NCBI GenBank assembly: GCA_021787445.1
Contig: JAJYLV010000005.1
Coordinates: forward strand, 14,083-78,082
Direction: 5' to 3'
Length of the DNA stretch: 64,000 bases
From: Chloroflexota bacterium
Lineage (GTDB): Bacteria > Chloroflexota > Limnocylindria > P2-11E
The position numbers and the translations under genes are program-made. Shown in pieces: positions 21,329-30,846 of this stretch. Numbering within the stretch: position 1 is the first letter of the stretch; each line of letters starts with the position of its first letter. The notes beneath the pieces were generated by a model. It ran no database searches, had not been told where the DNA came from, and saw only the letters and a list, made by a program, of their open reading frames with translations.

Positions 21329-23234
21329 GGTCATCGGTATCGACCTCGGTACCACCAACTCCGCTGTCGCGTACGTCGAGGCTGGACAGCCGACGATCAT
21401 TCCGAACGCCGAGGGAGGCCGGGTCACCCCGTCCGTCGTCGCGTTCACCAAGAGCGGCGAGCGCCTGGTCGGGCAGGTCGCGAAGCGGCAGGCCATCACG
21501 AATCCCGAGAACACCATCTACTCGATCAAGCGGCTCATGGGGCGCCGATTCGGGGATCCCGAGGTGCAGCGGACCATGAAGATGGTCCCCTACAAGATCG
21601 AGGAGGCCGAGCACGGCATCGTCGTCGATCTCCAGGGCGGCAAGAAGCTCTCGCCGCCCGAGATATCCGCGATGATCCTCCAGAAGCTGAAGACGGACGC
21701 GGAGGCGTTCCTGGGCGAGAAGATCACCCAGGCGGTCATCACCGTGCCGGCGTACTTCGACGACAGCCAGCGGCAGGCGACGAAGGACGCGGGACAGATC
21801 GCGGGCCTCGAGGTCCTGCGCATCGTCAACGAGCCGACGGCGTCGTCGCTCGCGTACGGCCTCGAGAAGAAGAAGGACGAGCTCGTCGCGGTCTACGACC
21901 TCGGCGGCGGGACCTTCGACATCTCGGTGCTCCAGCTCGGCGAGGGCGTCTTCGAGGTGAAGGCCACCAACGGCGACACCCACCTCGGCGGCGACGACTT
22001 CGACCAGCGCGTCATCGAGTGGCTCGTCGAGGAGTTCAAGCGCGACCAGGGCATCGACCTGCGCAGCGACCGCATGGCGCTGCAGCGGCTCAAGGAGGCC
22101 GCCGAGAAGGCCAAGATCGAGCTCAGCTCGACGCAGCAGACCGAGATCAACCTGCCGTTCATCACCGCGGACCAGAGCGGTCCGAAGCACATGGTCATCA
22201 CGCTCACTCGGGCGAAGCTCGAGCAGCTGACGGGCGACCTCGTCGAGAGGACGGTCGGGCCCGTGAAGCAGTGCCTCGCCGACGCGGGCGTGAGCGCCGA
22301 CAGGGTCAACGAGGTGATCCTCGTCGGCGGCATGACGCGCATGCCCCTCGTCGTCGAGACCGTGCGCAAGCTCTTCGGCAAGGAGCCGAACAAGAGCATC
22401 AACCCCGACGAGGTCGTCGCGCTCGGCGCGGCGGTCCAGGCCGGCGTGCTCAAGGGCGAGGTGAAGGACGTCCTCCTCCTCGACGTGACGCCGCTGTCCC
22501 TCGGCATCGAGACGCTGGGCGGCATCGCGACCAAGCTCATCGAGCGCAACGCGACGATCCCCACCTCGAAGTCGCAGGTCTTCACGACGGCGGCGGACGG
22601 TCAGACCCAGGTGGAGATCCACGTCGTGCAGGGCGAGCGCGAGATGGCGGGGGACGACAAGAGCCTCGCGCGCTTCATCCTCGACGGGATCCCGCCCGCT
22701 CCACGCGGCGTGCCTCAGGTCGAGGTGTCGTTCGACATCGACGCGAACGGCATCGTCAACGTCAAGGCCCGCGACAAGGCGACGGGCCGCGAGCAGCACG
22801 TCACGATCACGGCATCGAGCGGGCTCGCGAAGGACGAGGTCGAGCGCCTCGTGACGGAGGCCTCGGCGCACGCCGACGAGGACAAGCGCAAGCGCGAGCG
22901 CATCGAGCTGCGCAACGAGGCGGACAGCTTCGCCTATCAGATCGAGAAGACGCTCAAGGACAACGCCGACAAGGTCCCCGCGGAGGTGAAGACGGACGTC
23001 GAGGGCAAGATCACGGCCGTGCGCGAGGCCCTCACAACGGAGGACACCGAGCGCATCCGCGGCGCCCTCGAGGAGCTGCGCTCGTCGGCGACGAAGATCG
23101 GCGAGGTCATGTACCAGGCGCAGCAGGCGCAGGGTGCGCCGCAGGGCGAGCCGGCCGGCGCGGCCGCGGGCGCGCCCGAGGGCGAGAAGAAGGACGACAC
23201 CATCGAGGGCGAGTTCACTGAGAAGCCCAGCTGA
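21321..23234 (+). CDS. dnaK: Molecular chaperone DnaK (Hsp70)
   Basis: [18 protein letters not shown] and the full Hsp70 architecture; 637 aa. Confidence 0.98.
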   Translation: MPKVIGIDLGTTNSAVAYVEAGQPTIIPNAEGGRVTPSVVAFTKSGERLVGQVAKRQAITNPENTIYSIKRLMGRRFGDPEVQRTMKMVPYKIEEAEHGIVVDLQGGKKLSPPEISAMILQKLKTDAEAFLGEKITQAVITVPAYFDDSQRQATKDAGQIAGLEVLRIVNEPTASSLAYGLEKKKDELVAVYDLGGGTFDISVLQLGEGVFEVKATNGDTHLGGDDFDQRVIEWLVEEFKRDQGIDLRSDRMALQRLKEAAEKAKIELSSTQQTEINLPFITADQSGPKHMVITLTRAKLEQLTGDLVERTVGPVKQCLADAGVSADRVNEVILVGGMTRMPLVVETVRKLFGKEPNKSINPDEVVALGAAVQAGVLKGEVKDVLLLDVTPLSLGIETLGGIATKLIERNATIPTSKSQVFTTAADGQTQVEIHVVQGEREMAGDDKSLARFILDGIPPAPRGVPQVEVSFDIDANGIVNVKARDKATGREQHVTITASSGLAKDEVERLVTEASAHADEDKRKRERIELRNEADSFAYQIEKTLKDNADKVPAEVKTDVEGKITAVREALTTEDTERIRGALEELRSSATKIGEVMYQAQQAQGAPQGEPAGAAAGAPEGEKKDDTIEGEFTEKPS

Positions 23235-23243
23235 GCTGTGGGG

Positions 23244-23263
23244 GCGGGGCCGAGAGGCCTCGC
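23244..23263 (+). other. Stem-loop in the dnaK-dnaJ spacer
   Basis: GCGGGGCC-GAGA-GGCCTCGC: an 8-bp stem with one G.U pair and a GNRA-type loop. Function not established. Confidence 0.35.
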
Positions 23264-23289
23264 CTCCGAGCCCCTGAGACACTAGAGGC

Positions 23290-24378
23290 GTGCCGAAGGT
23301 CGATCACTACTCCGTCCTCGGCGTTGCGCACGATGCGAGCGTCGACGAGATCCGCAGCGCCTACCGCAAGCTCGCGCGTCAGTACCACCCCGACGTGAGC
23401 TCGGCGGCCGACGCCTCGGAGCGCTTCAAGGAGATCACGCAGGCGTACGAGGTGCTCTCGGACCCCGAGAAGCGCCAGCGCTACGACATGTTCGGCGACG
23501 GCGACGTCGGCGGCATGGCCGGGTTCGGGATCGACGACCTCTTCAACACCTTCTTCGGCGGCACGCGTCGGAGGGAGCGCGGACCCGTCCGCGGCGCCGA
23601 CCTGCGCCTCGAGGTCGAGCTCGACCTCGAGGAGGCGGTGACCGGCGCCGAGAGGGCGGTGCGCGTCCCGCGCCAGGAGACGTGCGACCGCTGCCACGGC
23701 AGCGGCGCGGAGCCCGGCGCGAAGACGTCGTCCTGCGCGACGTGCGGCGGCCGCGGCGAGGTGCGGCAGGTCCAGCAGTCGCTCTTCGGTCGTTTCGTGA
23801 GCGTCGCCACGTGCCCGCGCTGCGGGGGCTCCGGCAAGACGGTCGACCGGCTCTGCCGCGACTGCCGCGGCGAAGGGCGCGTCCACGCCGAGCGCGAGGT
23901 GAGCGTCGCCTTCCCTCCGGGGATCGACGACGGACAGCAGATCCGCGTGGGCGGTCAGGGCGAGTCCGGCATGCGCGGCGGCCCGCCGGGCGACCTCTAC
24001 GTGCTCGTCCGCCTCCGTGACCACGCGCTCTTCCGCCGCGACGGTGACGACCTTGTCCACGTCCTGCGCATCTCGCCCGCCCAGGCGGCGCTGGGCGATG
24101 AGCTGAGCGTGCCGACCATCGACGGCGGCGAGGCGTCGGTGAAGATCCCGGGCGGGTCCCAGCACGGCCAGTCGGTGCGGCTGCGCGGCAAGGGCGTGCC
24201 CCGGCTGCACGCGAGCGGACGCGGCGACCAGATCGTGTACCTCGACGTCGTCGTCCCGCGGTCGCTCAGCAAGGAAGAGCGCGCGCTGTACCAGAAGCTG
24301 AGGGCGCTGCGCCACACGCCCGAGAAGGCCGAGGACGAGGGCATCCTCGGCAAGGTGAGGGATGCCCTCGGCGGCTGA
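23290..24378 (+). CDS. dnaJ: Molecular chaperone DnaJ
   Basis: J domain (YSVLGV...YHPD) and four CxxCxGxG zinc-finger repeats. Confidence 0.96.
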   Translation: MPKVDHYSVLGVAHDASVDEIRSAYRKLARQYHPDVSSAADASERFKEITQAYEVLSDPEKRQRYDMFGDGDVGGMAGFGIDDLFNTFFGGTRRRERGPVRGADLRLEVELDLEEAVTGAERAVRVPRQETCDRCHGSGAEPGAKTSSCATCGGRGEVRQVQQSLFGRFVSVATCPRCGGSGKTVDRLCRDCRGEGRVHAEREVSVAFPPGIDDGQQIRVGGQGESGMRGGPPGDLYVLVRLRDHALFRRDGDDLVHVLRISPAQAALGDELSVPTIDGGEASVKIPGGSQHGQSVRLRGKGVPRLHASGRGDQIVYLDVVVPRSLSKEERALYQKLRALRHTPEKAEDEGILGKVRDALGG

Positions 24379-25240
24379 GAAGCCCGCCGCGCCCATCCGC
24401 TGGATCGAGATCGCGGTCCCCGCGCACCCGGAGGCCGTCGAGGCCGTCAGCGAGATCCTCGACCGCGTCGGCTACAACGGCATCGCCGTCGACGTGCCGC
24501 TCGAGGGCGGACCGCACATCGTGAAGGCGTACGTCGTGTACGACCACGCCGCGCGGGTCAAGGTGCGGCGGGTGAAGGAGGCCATCGGGCGCCTGCGGGC
24601 GTTCGGCCTCGGACCCGTCGGCGAGGTCGCGCTGCGCCGCATCGCCGACGAGGACTGGCTGGAGTCGTGGAAGTCGCAGTTCACCCCGATCGCCATCGGG
24701 CCGTTCTTCGTGCGGCCGAGCTGGTCGACGGCGTCGGCCGCGGGCATCGAGATCGTCCTCGATCCCGGGATGGCGTTCGGCACGGGTCTCCATCCGACGA
24801 CGCGGCAGTGCCTCGAGGCGGTCGGCCGCCTCGACCTCGCGGGCCGGAGCGTCCTCGACGTCGGCACCGGCTCGGGGATCCTCGCCGTCGCCGCGGCGAA
24901 GCGCGGGGCCGGACGCGTCGTCGCCGTCGACGTCGATCCGCTCGCGGTCCGCGCCGCCGAAGAGAATGCGCGGCGCAACGACGTGAGCGTGGAGGTCGCG
25001 CTCGGCTCGGCCGCCGACGTCCCCGGGGCGTTCGACGTCGTCTTGGGCAACCTCGTTGCCGACGTCCTCGTCCGCATCGCCGCGGACCTGCGTGCGCGCG
25101 TCGCGCGCGGGGGCGTCCTCGTATGCGCCGGGATCGTGGCGGAGAAGGAGGCGCTCGTCGTACGTGCCCTCGCGGACGCCGGGCTCGCGCGGCGCCGGCG
25201 CGACCAGCGCGAAGACTGGGTGCGGCTCGACCTCGCGTGA
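24362..25240 (+). CDS. prmA: Ribosomal protein L11 methyltransferase
   Basis: DWLESWKSQF, LDPGMAFGTGLHPTT and the SAM motif VLDVGTGSGILA. Overlaps the dnaJ end by 17 nt. Confidence 0.9.
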   Translation: MPSAAEKPAAPIRWIEIAVPAHPEAVEAVSEILDRVGYNGIAVDVPLEGGPHIVKAYVVYDHAARVKVRRVKEAIGRLRAFGLGPVGEVALRRIADEDWLESWKSQFTPIAIGPFFVRPSWSTASAAGIEIVLDPGMAFGTGLHPTTRQCLEAVGRLDLAGRSVLDVGTGSGILAVAAAKRGAGRVVAVDVDPLAVRAAEENARRNDVSVEVALGSAADVPGAFDVVLGNLVADVLVRIAADLRARVARGGVLVCAGIVAEKEALVVRALADAGLARRRRDQREDWVRLDLA

Positions 25241-25959
25241 GCGCGCCGCACCGCTTCTTCGTCGACGACGGCGCGGTGACGCGCGAGCGCGCCTGGCTCC
25301 GCGGCGACCAGGCGAAGCAGATCGCCTTGGTGCTCCGCCTCGCAGCGGGGGACGAGGTCGTCCTCGTGAGCGCGGGTGACGAGATCACGGTGCGTCTCGA
25401 CGCCGTCGGGCGCGGGCTCGTCGAAGGGGCCGTCGTCGCGCGGCGCGCCGCCGCCACCGAGCCGGCGGTCGCGCTGACGCTCGCGCTGCCGCTCCTGCGC
25501 GGCGATCGGAGCGAGGAGGTGGTCGAGGCCGTCACGCAGCTCGGCGTCTCGCGCATCGTCCCGCTCGTCTCACAGCGGAGCGTCGTGCGCGAGCTCTCCG
25601 ACGCGAAGCGCGAGCGATGGCAGCGCATCGCGCGGGAGGCGGCGGAGACCGCGCGGCGCGGACGCGTTCCGCACGTCGCCGAGGCCGTCGGGTGGCCCCG
25701 CCTCTTCGATGCGCTCGAGCCGCCCATCGTCATCGCCTGGGAGGGCGAGCGCGAGCGCCCGCTCGCGAGCGCCCTCGCGCCCTCGCTCCGGTCGCTCTCC
25801 CTCGTCATCGGGCCGGAAGGCGGCCTCACCGAGGAGGAGATCGCGTCGGCGCGGCAGCGCGGCGCCCGGGTGGTCACGCTCGGGCCGCGCAATCTGCGGA
25901 GCGAGACCGCCGCCGTCGCCGCGGTCGCGCAGGCCTTCGTGCTGGTCGGATCCGACTAG
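25237..25959 (+). CDS. rsmE: 16S rRNA (uracil1498-N3)-methyltransferase RsmE
   Basis: HRFFV N-terminus and the SPOUT C-terminus IGPEGGLTEEE...LGPRNLRSETAA. GTG 25237 overlaps the prmA TGA. Confidence 0.9.
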   Translation: MSAPHRFFVDDGAVTRERAWLRGDQAKQIALVLRLAAGDEVVLVSAGDEITVRLDAVGRGLVEGAVVARRAAATEPAVALTLALPLLRGDRSEEVVEAVTQLGVSRIVPLVSQRSVVRELSDAKRERWQRIAREAAETARRGRVPHVAEAVGWPRLFDALEPPIVIAWEGERERPLASALAPSLRSLSLVIGPEGGLTEEEIASARQRGARVVTLGPRNLRSETAAVAAVAQAFVLVGSD

Positions 25960-26621
25960 ATCGGCACCACCCCGCGCTCCTGAAGCTGGCTGCGGTCGAA
26001 GAGCGCGCGGTCGAACAGGATCCGTGGCAGCGGCGCGCCCGTCGCGACGTCGTCGGTCAGCCCGGCGGTGACGCGCCGCACGAGGATGAGCGCGAAGATC
26101 AGCCCGCCGCCGACGACGAGCGAGCGCGGACCCGCGGTCACGTGGACCGCGACGGGCCAGACGACGAAGCTCAGGATCGCGGCGAGCGGGACGAGGCGGC
26201 TCGGGTGCGGACGCAGAGCGAAGCGCGCGCCCGCCGCCGCGAGCATGAGGATCGCGCAGGGGATCGCGGCGACCGGATCGAGCACGACGATCGTGCCCCA
26301 GGCGGTCGCGTTCGCCCGGCCCCCGTCGAGGCCGTGGAAGATCGGCCACATCTGCCCCGCGACGACGGCGAGCGCGCAGAAAGCGCGCATCTCGACCGGG
26401 AGGCCGAAGGCCGCCGCGAGGAGGACGGCGACGCTGCCTTTGGCGAGGTCGAGCGCGCCGCCGGCCAGCCCCCACCGCGCCGCGAGGACGTGCGCGAGAT
26501 TGCTCCCGCCGAGCTTGCGCGACCCTGCCTCACGCAGGTCGACGCCGTGCCACCACGCGATGAGCCAGGGGAAGGAGACCGAGCCGAGGAGGTAGGCGGC
26601 GACGACGAGGGGCAGGTCCAC
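25956..26621 (-). CDS. plsY: Glycerol-3-phosphate acyltransferase PlsY family (divergent)
   Basis: About 221-aa polytopic protein. LLGSVSFPWLIA, GSRKLGGSN and PIFHGLDGGRANATAWG parallel PlsY motifs. Uses the internal GTG 26621 of track ORF 25956..26819. Confidence 0.7.
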   Translation of the reverse strand: MDLPLVVAAYLLGSVSFPWLIAWWHGVDLREAGSRKLGGSNLAHVLAARWGLAGGALDLAKGSVAVLLAAAFGLPVEMRAFCALAVVAGQMWPIFHGLDGGRANATAWGTIVVLDPVAAIPCAILMLAAAGARFALRPHPSRLVPLAAILSFVVWPVAVHVTAGPRSLVVGGGLIFALILVRRVTAGLTDDVATGAPLPRILFDRALFDRSQLQERGVVPI

Positions 26622-26640
26622 GCGTCGTACTCTGCACGAC

Positions 26641-26976
26641 GTGCCGGGCTGTCTCTTTTGCGGCATCGCGGCCCACCAGGTGCCCGCGACGATCGTCCAC
26701 GAGGACGACGCGGTGGTCGTCTTCACGGACCGACGGCCGCAGGCGCCGCTGCACCTCCTGGTCATCCCGAGGACGCACGTCGCCTCGCTCGCGGAGGCCG
26801 ACCCCGCGCTGGCGGGCACGGTCGCGGCGGCCGCCGCAAAGGCCGCCGCTGACGCGGGATACGCCGACAGCGGCTACCGCGTCGTCGCGAACGTCGGCCC
26901 CGACGCCGGGCAGAGCGTCGCCCACCTGCACTTCCATGTCCTCGCCGGACGCCCGCTGGGGTGGCCTCCCGGCTGA
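26641..26976 (+). CDS. Histidine triad (HIT) family protein
   Basis: CLFC N-terminus and the HLHFHVL histidine triad; 111 aa. Confidence 0.9.
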   Translation: MPGCLFCGIAAHQVPATIVHEDDAVVVFTDRRPQAPLHLLVIPRTHVASLAEADPALAGTVAAAAAKAAADAGYADSGYRVVANVGPDAGQSVAHLHFHVLAGRPLGWPPG

Positions 26977-27033
26977 CCCCTAGCTACAAATGCGCGTATC
27001 TTTCACGGGCGTGCGGCGCCGGGCCCCGGTACT

Positions 27034-27276
27034 ATGCCCACTGCGGCGGCCCGTGAGACCGCCGTCGTTCTATCTCAGGGGGACGAACGAGAGGCGGGTG
27101 ACAGGGAACTGACCGAGGTCATCATCGGCGACGGGGAGTCCTTCGAGGCCGCTCTTCGCCGCTTCAACAAGAAGATCCAGCAGGCCGGCATCCTCGCGGA
27201 GGCCCGCCGCCGTGAGTACTACGAGCGGCCCGCGGCGAAGCGCAAGCGGAAGGAAGCGAAGCGCCGTAAGCGCTAG
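27034..27276 (+). CDS. rpsU: 30S ribosomal protein bS21
   Basis: ESFEAALRRFNKKIQQAGILAEARRREYYERPAAKRKRK. ATG 27034 gives a 25-aa extension; a CTG at 27109 aligns with the usual S21 N-terminus (see findings). Confidence 0.88.
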   Translation: MPTAAARETAVVLSQGDEREAGDRELTEVIIGDGESFEAALRRFNKKIQQAGILAEARRREYYERPAAKRKRKEAKRRKR

Positions 27277-27297
27277 CACGTCCCGCGAGGTCCTTCC

Positions 27298-27753
27298 ATA
27301 GCCGAGCTCAAGGCGCGGATCGAGAGCGATATGCGCGCGTCGGTGAAGGCGCAGGACGTCGTGCGCCGCGACACGCTGCGCTTCGCGCTCGCCGCCGTGC
27401 ACAACGAGGAGGTCGAGCGGCGGCGCGAGCTGACGGACGAGGAGATCGTCGGGGTCCTCGCCAAGCAGGCGAAGATGCGCCGCGAGTCGATCGAGGCCTT
27501 CGGGAAGGGCGGCCGCGCCGATCTCGTCGCCAAGGAGACCGCCGAGCTCCGCGTCATCGAGGGTTACCTGCCGCAGCAGATGGGTCGCGACGAGATCGCC
27601 TCTCTCGCGCGTGCCGCTATCGCCGACACGGGCGCGGCATCGCCGCAAGAGCAGGGCAAGGTCATGCAGAAGCTCATGCCCCAGCTGAAGGGCCGCGCCG
27701 AAGGGAAGGTCGTCGCCGAGGTCGTCGCCTCGCTCCTGCGCGGAGCGTCCTGA
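27298..27753 (+). CDS. GatB/YqeY domain-containing protein
   Basis: Resembles Bacillus YqeY along its length. The conserved N-terminal helix (AELKARIESDM) lies upstream of the first ATG (27331), so ATA 27298 is inferred, 7 nt after GAGG. Confidence 0.85.
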   Translation: MAELKARIESDMRASVKAQDVVRRDTLRFALAAVHNEEVERRRELTDEEIVGVLAKQAKMRRESIEAFGKGGRADLVAKETAELRVIEGYLPQQMGRDEIASLARAAIADTGAASPQEQGKVMQKLMPQLKGRAEGKVVAEVVASLLRGAS

Positions 27754-28724
27754 TGGCGCACGCGTACGAGATCACGATCCTCATCCCCGACCCCGAGGAG
27801 ATGATGTTCGTCACCGGCATGAACGACCAGAACATCGACCGCATCGAGCGGGAGTTCGGAGTGAAGGTGATCTCGCGCGGCGCGGAGCTGCGGATCAGCG
27901 GCGATCCCGCGGCCGTCGCACGCGTGAGCGATCTCGTCGCGGCCATGCGCGGGATCTCCACGCGCGACGAGGAGCTGCGCAAGCCCGCGCTCGAGCGCCT
28001 CATCGGCGACGCGAAGGAGCGTCCCGTCGTGGCGCCCGAGGAGCTGCGCGAGCACATCGCGACGACGACGACGGGCAAGCGCATCCAGCCGCAGTCGGCC
28101 AACCAGCGCCGGTACGTCGAGGCCATCAAGGGGAACGACCTCGTGTTCGCCATCGGCGTCGCCGGGACCGGCAAGAGCTACCTCGCGGTCGCGATGGGTG
28201 TCCAGGCGCTGCGCGAGCGCCGCGTCAACCGGCTCATCCTCACTCGCCCCGCCGTCGAGGCGGGGGAGCGGCTCGGGTTCCTCCCGGGCGACCTGCGCGA
28301 GAAGGTGGATCCGTACCTGCGTCCGCTGTACGACGCGCTCTACGACCTCATGCCGCCCGAGCGCTCGGCACGCGCGATGGAGCGCGGCGAGATCGAGGTC
28401 GCGCCGCTCGCCTACATGCGCGGCCGTACCTTGAACGAGGCGTTCATCATCCTCGACGAGGCGCAGAACACGACCCCCGCGCAGATGAAGATGTTCCTCA
28501 CGCGTCTCGGCTACGGCTCGCAGGCGGTCGTGACGGGCGACGTCACGCAGATCGACCTCGAGCACGGGCAGCCCTCGGGCCTCCTCGTCGCCCGCGGCGT
28601 CCTCGAGGGCGTGGAGGGGATCTCCTTCGTCGACTTCGACGAGCGCGACGTCATCCGCCACGAGCTCGTCGCGCGGATCGTCCGCGCGTACGAGCGCCAC
28701 GAGAAGGGCAGGGGCGCCACGTGA
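27753..28724 (+). CDS. phoH: PhoH family ATPase
   Basis: Walker A GVAGTGKSYLAV and the PhoH motifs RPAVEAGERLGFLPGD and ILDEAQN. Confidence 0.93.
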   Translation: MAHAYEITILIPDPEEMMFVTGMNDQNIDRIEREFGVKVISRGAELRISGDPAAVARVSDLVAAMRGISTRDEELRKPALERLIGDAKERPVVAPEELREHIATTTTGKRIQPQSANQRRYVEAIKGNDLVFAIGVAGTGKSYLAVAMGVQALRERRVNRLILTRPAVEAGERLGFLPGDLREKVDPYLRPLYDALYDLMPPERSARAMERGEIEVAPLAYMRGRTLNEAFIILDEAQNTTPAQMKMFLTRLGYGSQAVVTGDVTQIDLEHGQPSGLLVARGVLEGVEGISFVDFDERDVIRHELVARIVRAYERHEKGRGAT

Positions 28725-30838
28725 TCCGCTTCCGGCGGTCGACGGGCCCGCGCCTCGCGCTCGATCGGCTGCGCGGCCTCCTGCACCAGGAGCCGCGAGC
28801 GCGGCTCGCCGCGTTCGTCATCCTCGTCGGCCTCGCGACAGCCGTCGCGATGCTCCTCTCGCCGCCCGCGACCGGCACGTATCAGGTCGGCACCGTCGCC
28901 GACCGCTCCCTCAAGGCGCAGGGCTCGGTCTCGTTCGTGTCCGAGTCGCTCACCAACGACGCGCGCGAGCGCGCCGCCGCGGCGGTGCCCAAGCAGTACA
29001 CACGCGACCCGTCCGTCTCGGTCCTTGGCTCGGGCAAGCTCTCGGCGACGATCGCGAGCATCGCGCGCATCCGCGCCGACCAGAGCCTGACGCCCGACAT
29101 GCGCATCGTGGCCGTGACGCGCATCCCCGAGTCGGATCTGAACGGCCAGCTGGCGACGGACGCGCTGAGCATGTCCACGCCGGAGTGGAACGCCGTCGCG
29201 CAGGCCGCGGACCGCGCCGTTCAGGACCTCTACGCGCAGGGCCTGCGCCAGGAGCAGGTCGCTCCGGCGGTGGCCGACGTCGTCAAGGCCTTTCCCGCGT
29301 CGTGGACGGACGCGCAGAAGCGGCTGGCGGGCGCGCTCGTGCAGCAGCACGTCGCGGCGAACGACCTGTACGACCCCGCCGCGACGGTCGCGGCGCAGGC
29401 GGCCGCGCGCGCCGCCGTCGCGCCCGTCCAGGTGCAGGTCGCCGCGGGTGAGGTCGTCGTCCGCGAAGGGAGCGTGGTGACGGCCCAGGACGTCGAGAAG
29501 CTGCGCGCCCTCGGGCTCGTCGACGGCGGACCCGACTGGGCCCTCGCCATCGGCCTGGCCGGCTGGGCGTTCCTCGTCGCCGGCGTGCTCGCGCTGTTCG
29601 TCGAGCGCTACGCCGAGGAGGCCTGGGCCGACGACCACAAGCTCGTTCTCGTCGGGCTCTCGCTGACCTTCCTGGTGGCGGTCGCGCGCGTCCTGGTGCC
29701 CACGCACAGCCTCAGCGTCTACTACGTCCCGTGGGCGGCGGTCGCCATGATGCTCACCGTCCTCGTCGGAGGCCGGACGGCGCTCGCGACCCAGATCGCG
29801 GGCGCGCTCCATGTCGGGATCCTGTCGGGGCGCGTCGATCTCGTGGCCTACGTCCTCGTGCCGGCGCTGCTCGGGATGGCCGCGATCCGCCGGGCGACCA
29901 CGGCACGCGAGTTCGTCGCCGGCGCCTTCAACGTCGCCGGCGGGAGCCTCGGCGTCATCGGCGCCTTCCTCCTCGTCTCGCGGCCCACCGACGTCATCGG
30001 GCTGGTCCAGCTCGGCGTCGGCGCCGTCTCGAGCGGAGCGCTCTCCGGGCTCTTCGCCTTCGGCGCGAGCGTCCTGCTCGGCCACCTGTTCCGCATCACG
30101 ACGGTGTTCGAGCTGCGTGAGCTCGCCGATCCCGACCATCCGCTCCTCCGGCAGCTCCTCCTGCGAACGCCGGGCACGTACCACCACTCCCTCCTCGTCG
30201 CGAACCTCGCGGAGCGCGCCGCCGAGGTGATCGGCGCCGACCCGCTCACCGCGCGCGTCGCCGCCTACTACCACGACATCGGCAAGATGCGGAATCCGCT
30301 CGCGTTCATCGAGAACCAGACCGCCGGCAACCCGCACGACGACCTCGACCCGCTCGTGTCCGCGCAGATCGTGTCGGCGCACGTGCGCGACGGGCTCGTC
30401 CTCGCGGAGCGCTACCGCCTGCCGGAGAAGATCCGCGAGGTCATCCCCGCGCACCACGGCACCTCGCTCATCAAGTACTTCTGGCAGACGGCGCAGGAGC
30501 GCGGCCAGAAGGTGGACGAGGCCTCCTTCCGCCACCCCGGGCCGAAGCCGCGGAGCCGCGAGGCGGGGATCGTCATGCTCGCCGACGGCGTCGAGGCCGC
30601 TGTCCGGTCCCTCGCGCACAAGGATGCGGAGACCATCTCGGCGATGGTCGACCGCATCGTCGAGGAGCGCGTCAACGACGGCCAGCTCGACGAGTGCGAC
30701 CTCACGCTGCGCGACATCCACCGCATCCGCGACGCGTTCTGCGAGCTGCTCCTGGGCGTCTACCACGAGCGCATCCCGTACCCCGAGGACCGCATCGCCC
30801 GCATCGGCGACCTGCACCCGCCCGCCGCGTCGCAGTAG
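28721..30838 (+). CDS. pgpH: 7TM receptor with intracellular HD hydrolase (PgpH/YqfF-type cyclic-di-AMP phosphodiesterase)
   Basis: Extracytoplasmic N-domain, about 7 TM helices, and an HD domain (HHSLLVANLAE...YYHDIGK). GTG 28721 overlaps the phoH TGA. Confidence 0.88.
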   Translation: MIRFRRSTGPRLALDRLRGLLHQEPRARLAAFVILVGLATAVAMLLSPPATGTYQVGTVADRSLKAQGSVSFVSESLTNDARERAAAAVPKQYTRDPSVSVLGSGKLSATIASIARIRADQSLTPDMRIVAVTRIPESDLNGQLATDALSMSTPEWNAVAQAADRAVQDLYAQGLRQEQVAPAVADVVKAFPASWTDAQKRLAGALVQQHVAANDLYDPAATVAAQAAARAAVAPVQVQVAAGEVVVREGSVVTAQDVEKLRALGLVDGGPDWALAIGLAGWAFLVAGVLALFVERYAEEAWADDHKLVLVGLSLTFLVAVARVLVPTHSLSVYYVPWAAVAMMLTVLVGGRTALATQIAGALHVGILSGRVDLVAYVLVPALLGMAAIRRATTAREFVAGAFNVAGGSLGVIGAFLLVSRPTDVIGLVQLGVGAVSSGALSGLFAFGASVLLGHLFRITTVFELRELADPDHPLLRQLLLRTPGTYHHSLLVANLAERAAEVIGADPLTARVAAYYHDIGKMRNPLAFIENQTAGNPHDDLDPLVSAQIVSAHVRDGLVLAERYRLPEKIREVIPAHHGTSLIKYFWQTAQERGQKVDEASFRHPGPKPRSREAGIVMLADGVEAAVRSLAHKDAETISAMVDRIVEERVNDGQLDECDLTLRDIHRIRDAFCELLLGVYHERIPYPEDRIARIGDLHPPAASQ

Positions 30839-30846
30839 CCGGCGCC

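Noticed and set aside
20958-23282. 774-aa minus-strand ORF
   Set aside because: It is exactly antisense to a textbook DnaK gene. Its product is an Arg/Ala/Leu/Asp-rich sequence with no motifs. Long stop-free antisense frames are expected at this GC content.
26990-27112. 40-codon frame-2 ORF in the rpsU leader, considered as a real upstream gene
   Set aside because: It has mixed third-position composition, no SD and no recognisable product. It is kept only as context for the CTGA observation at 27109.
28511-30817. 768-aa minus-strand ORF
   Set aside because: It is antisense to the PgpH-type 7TM-HD gene and has no motifs.
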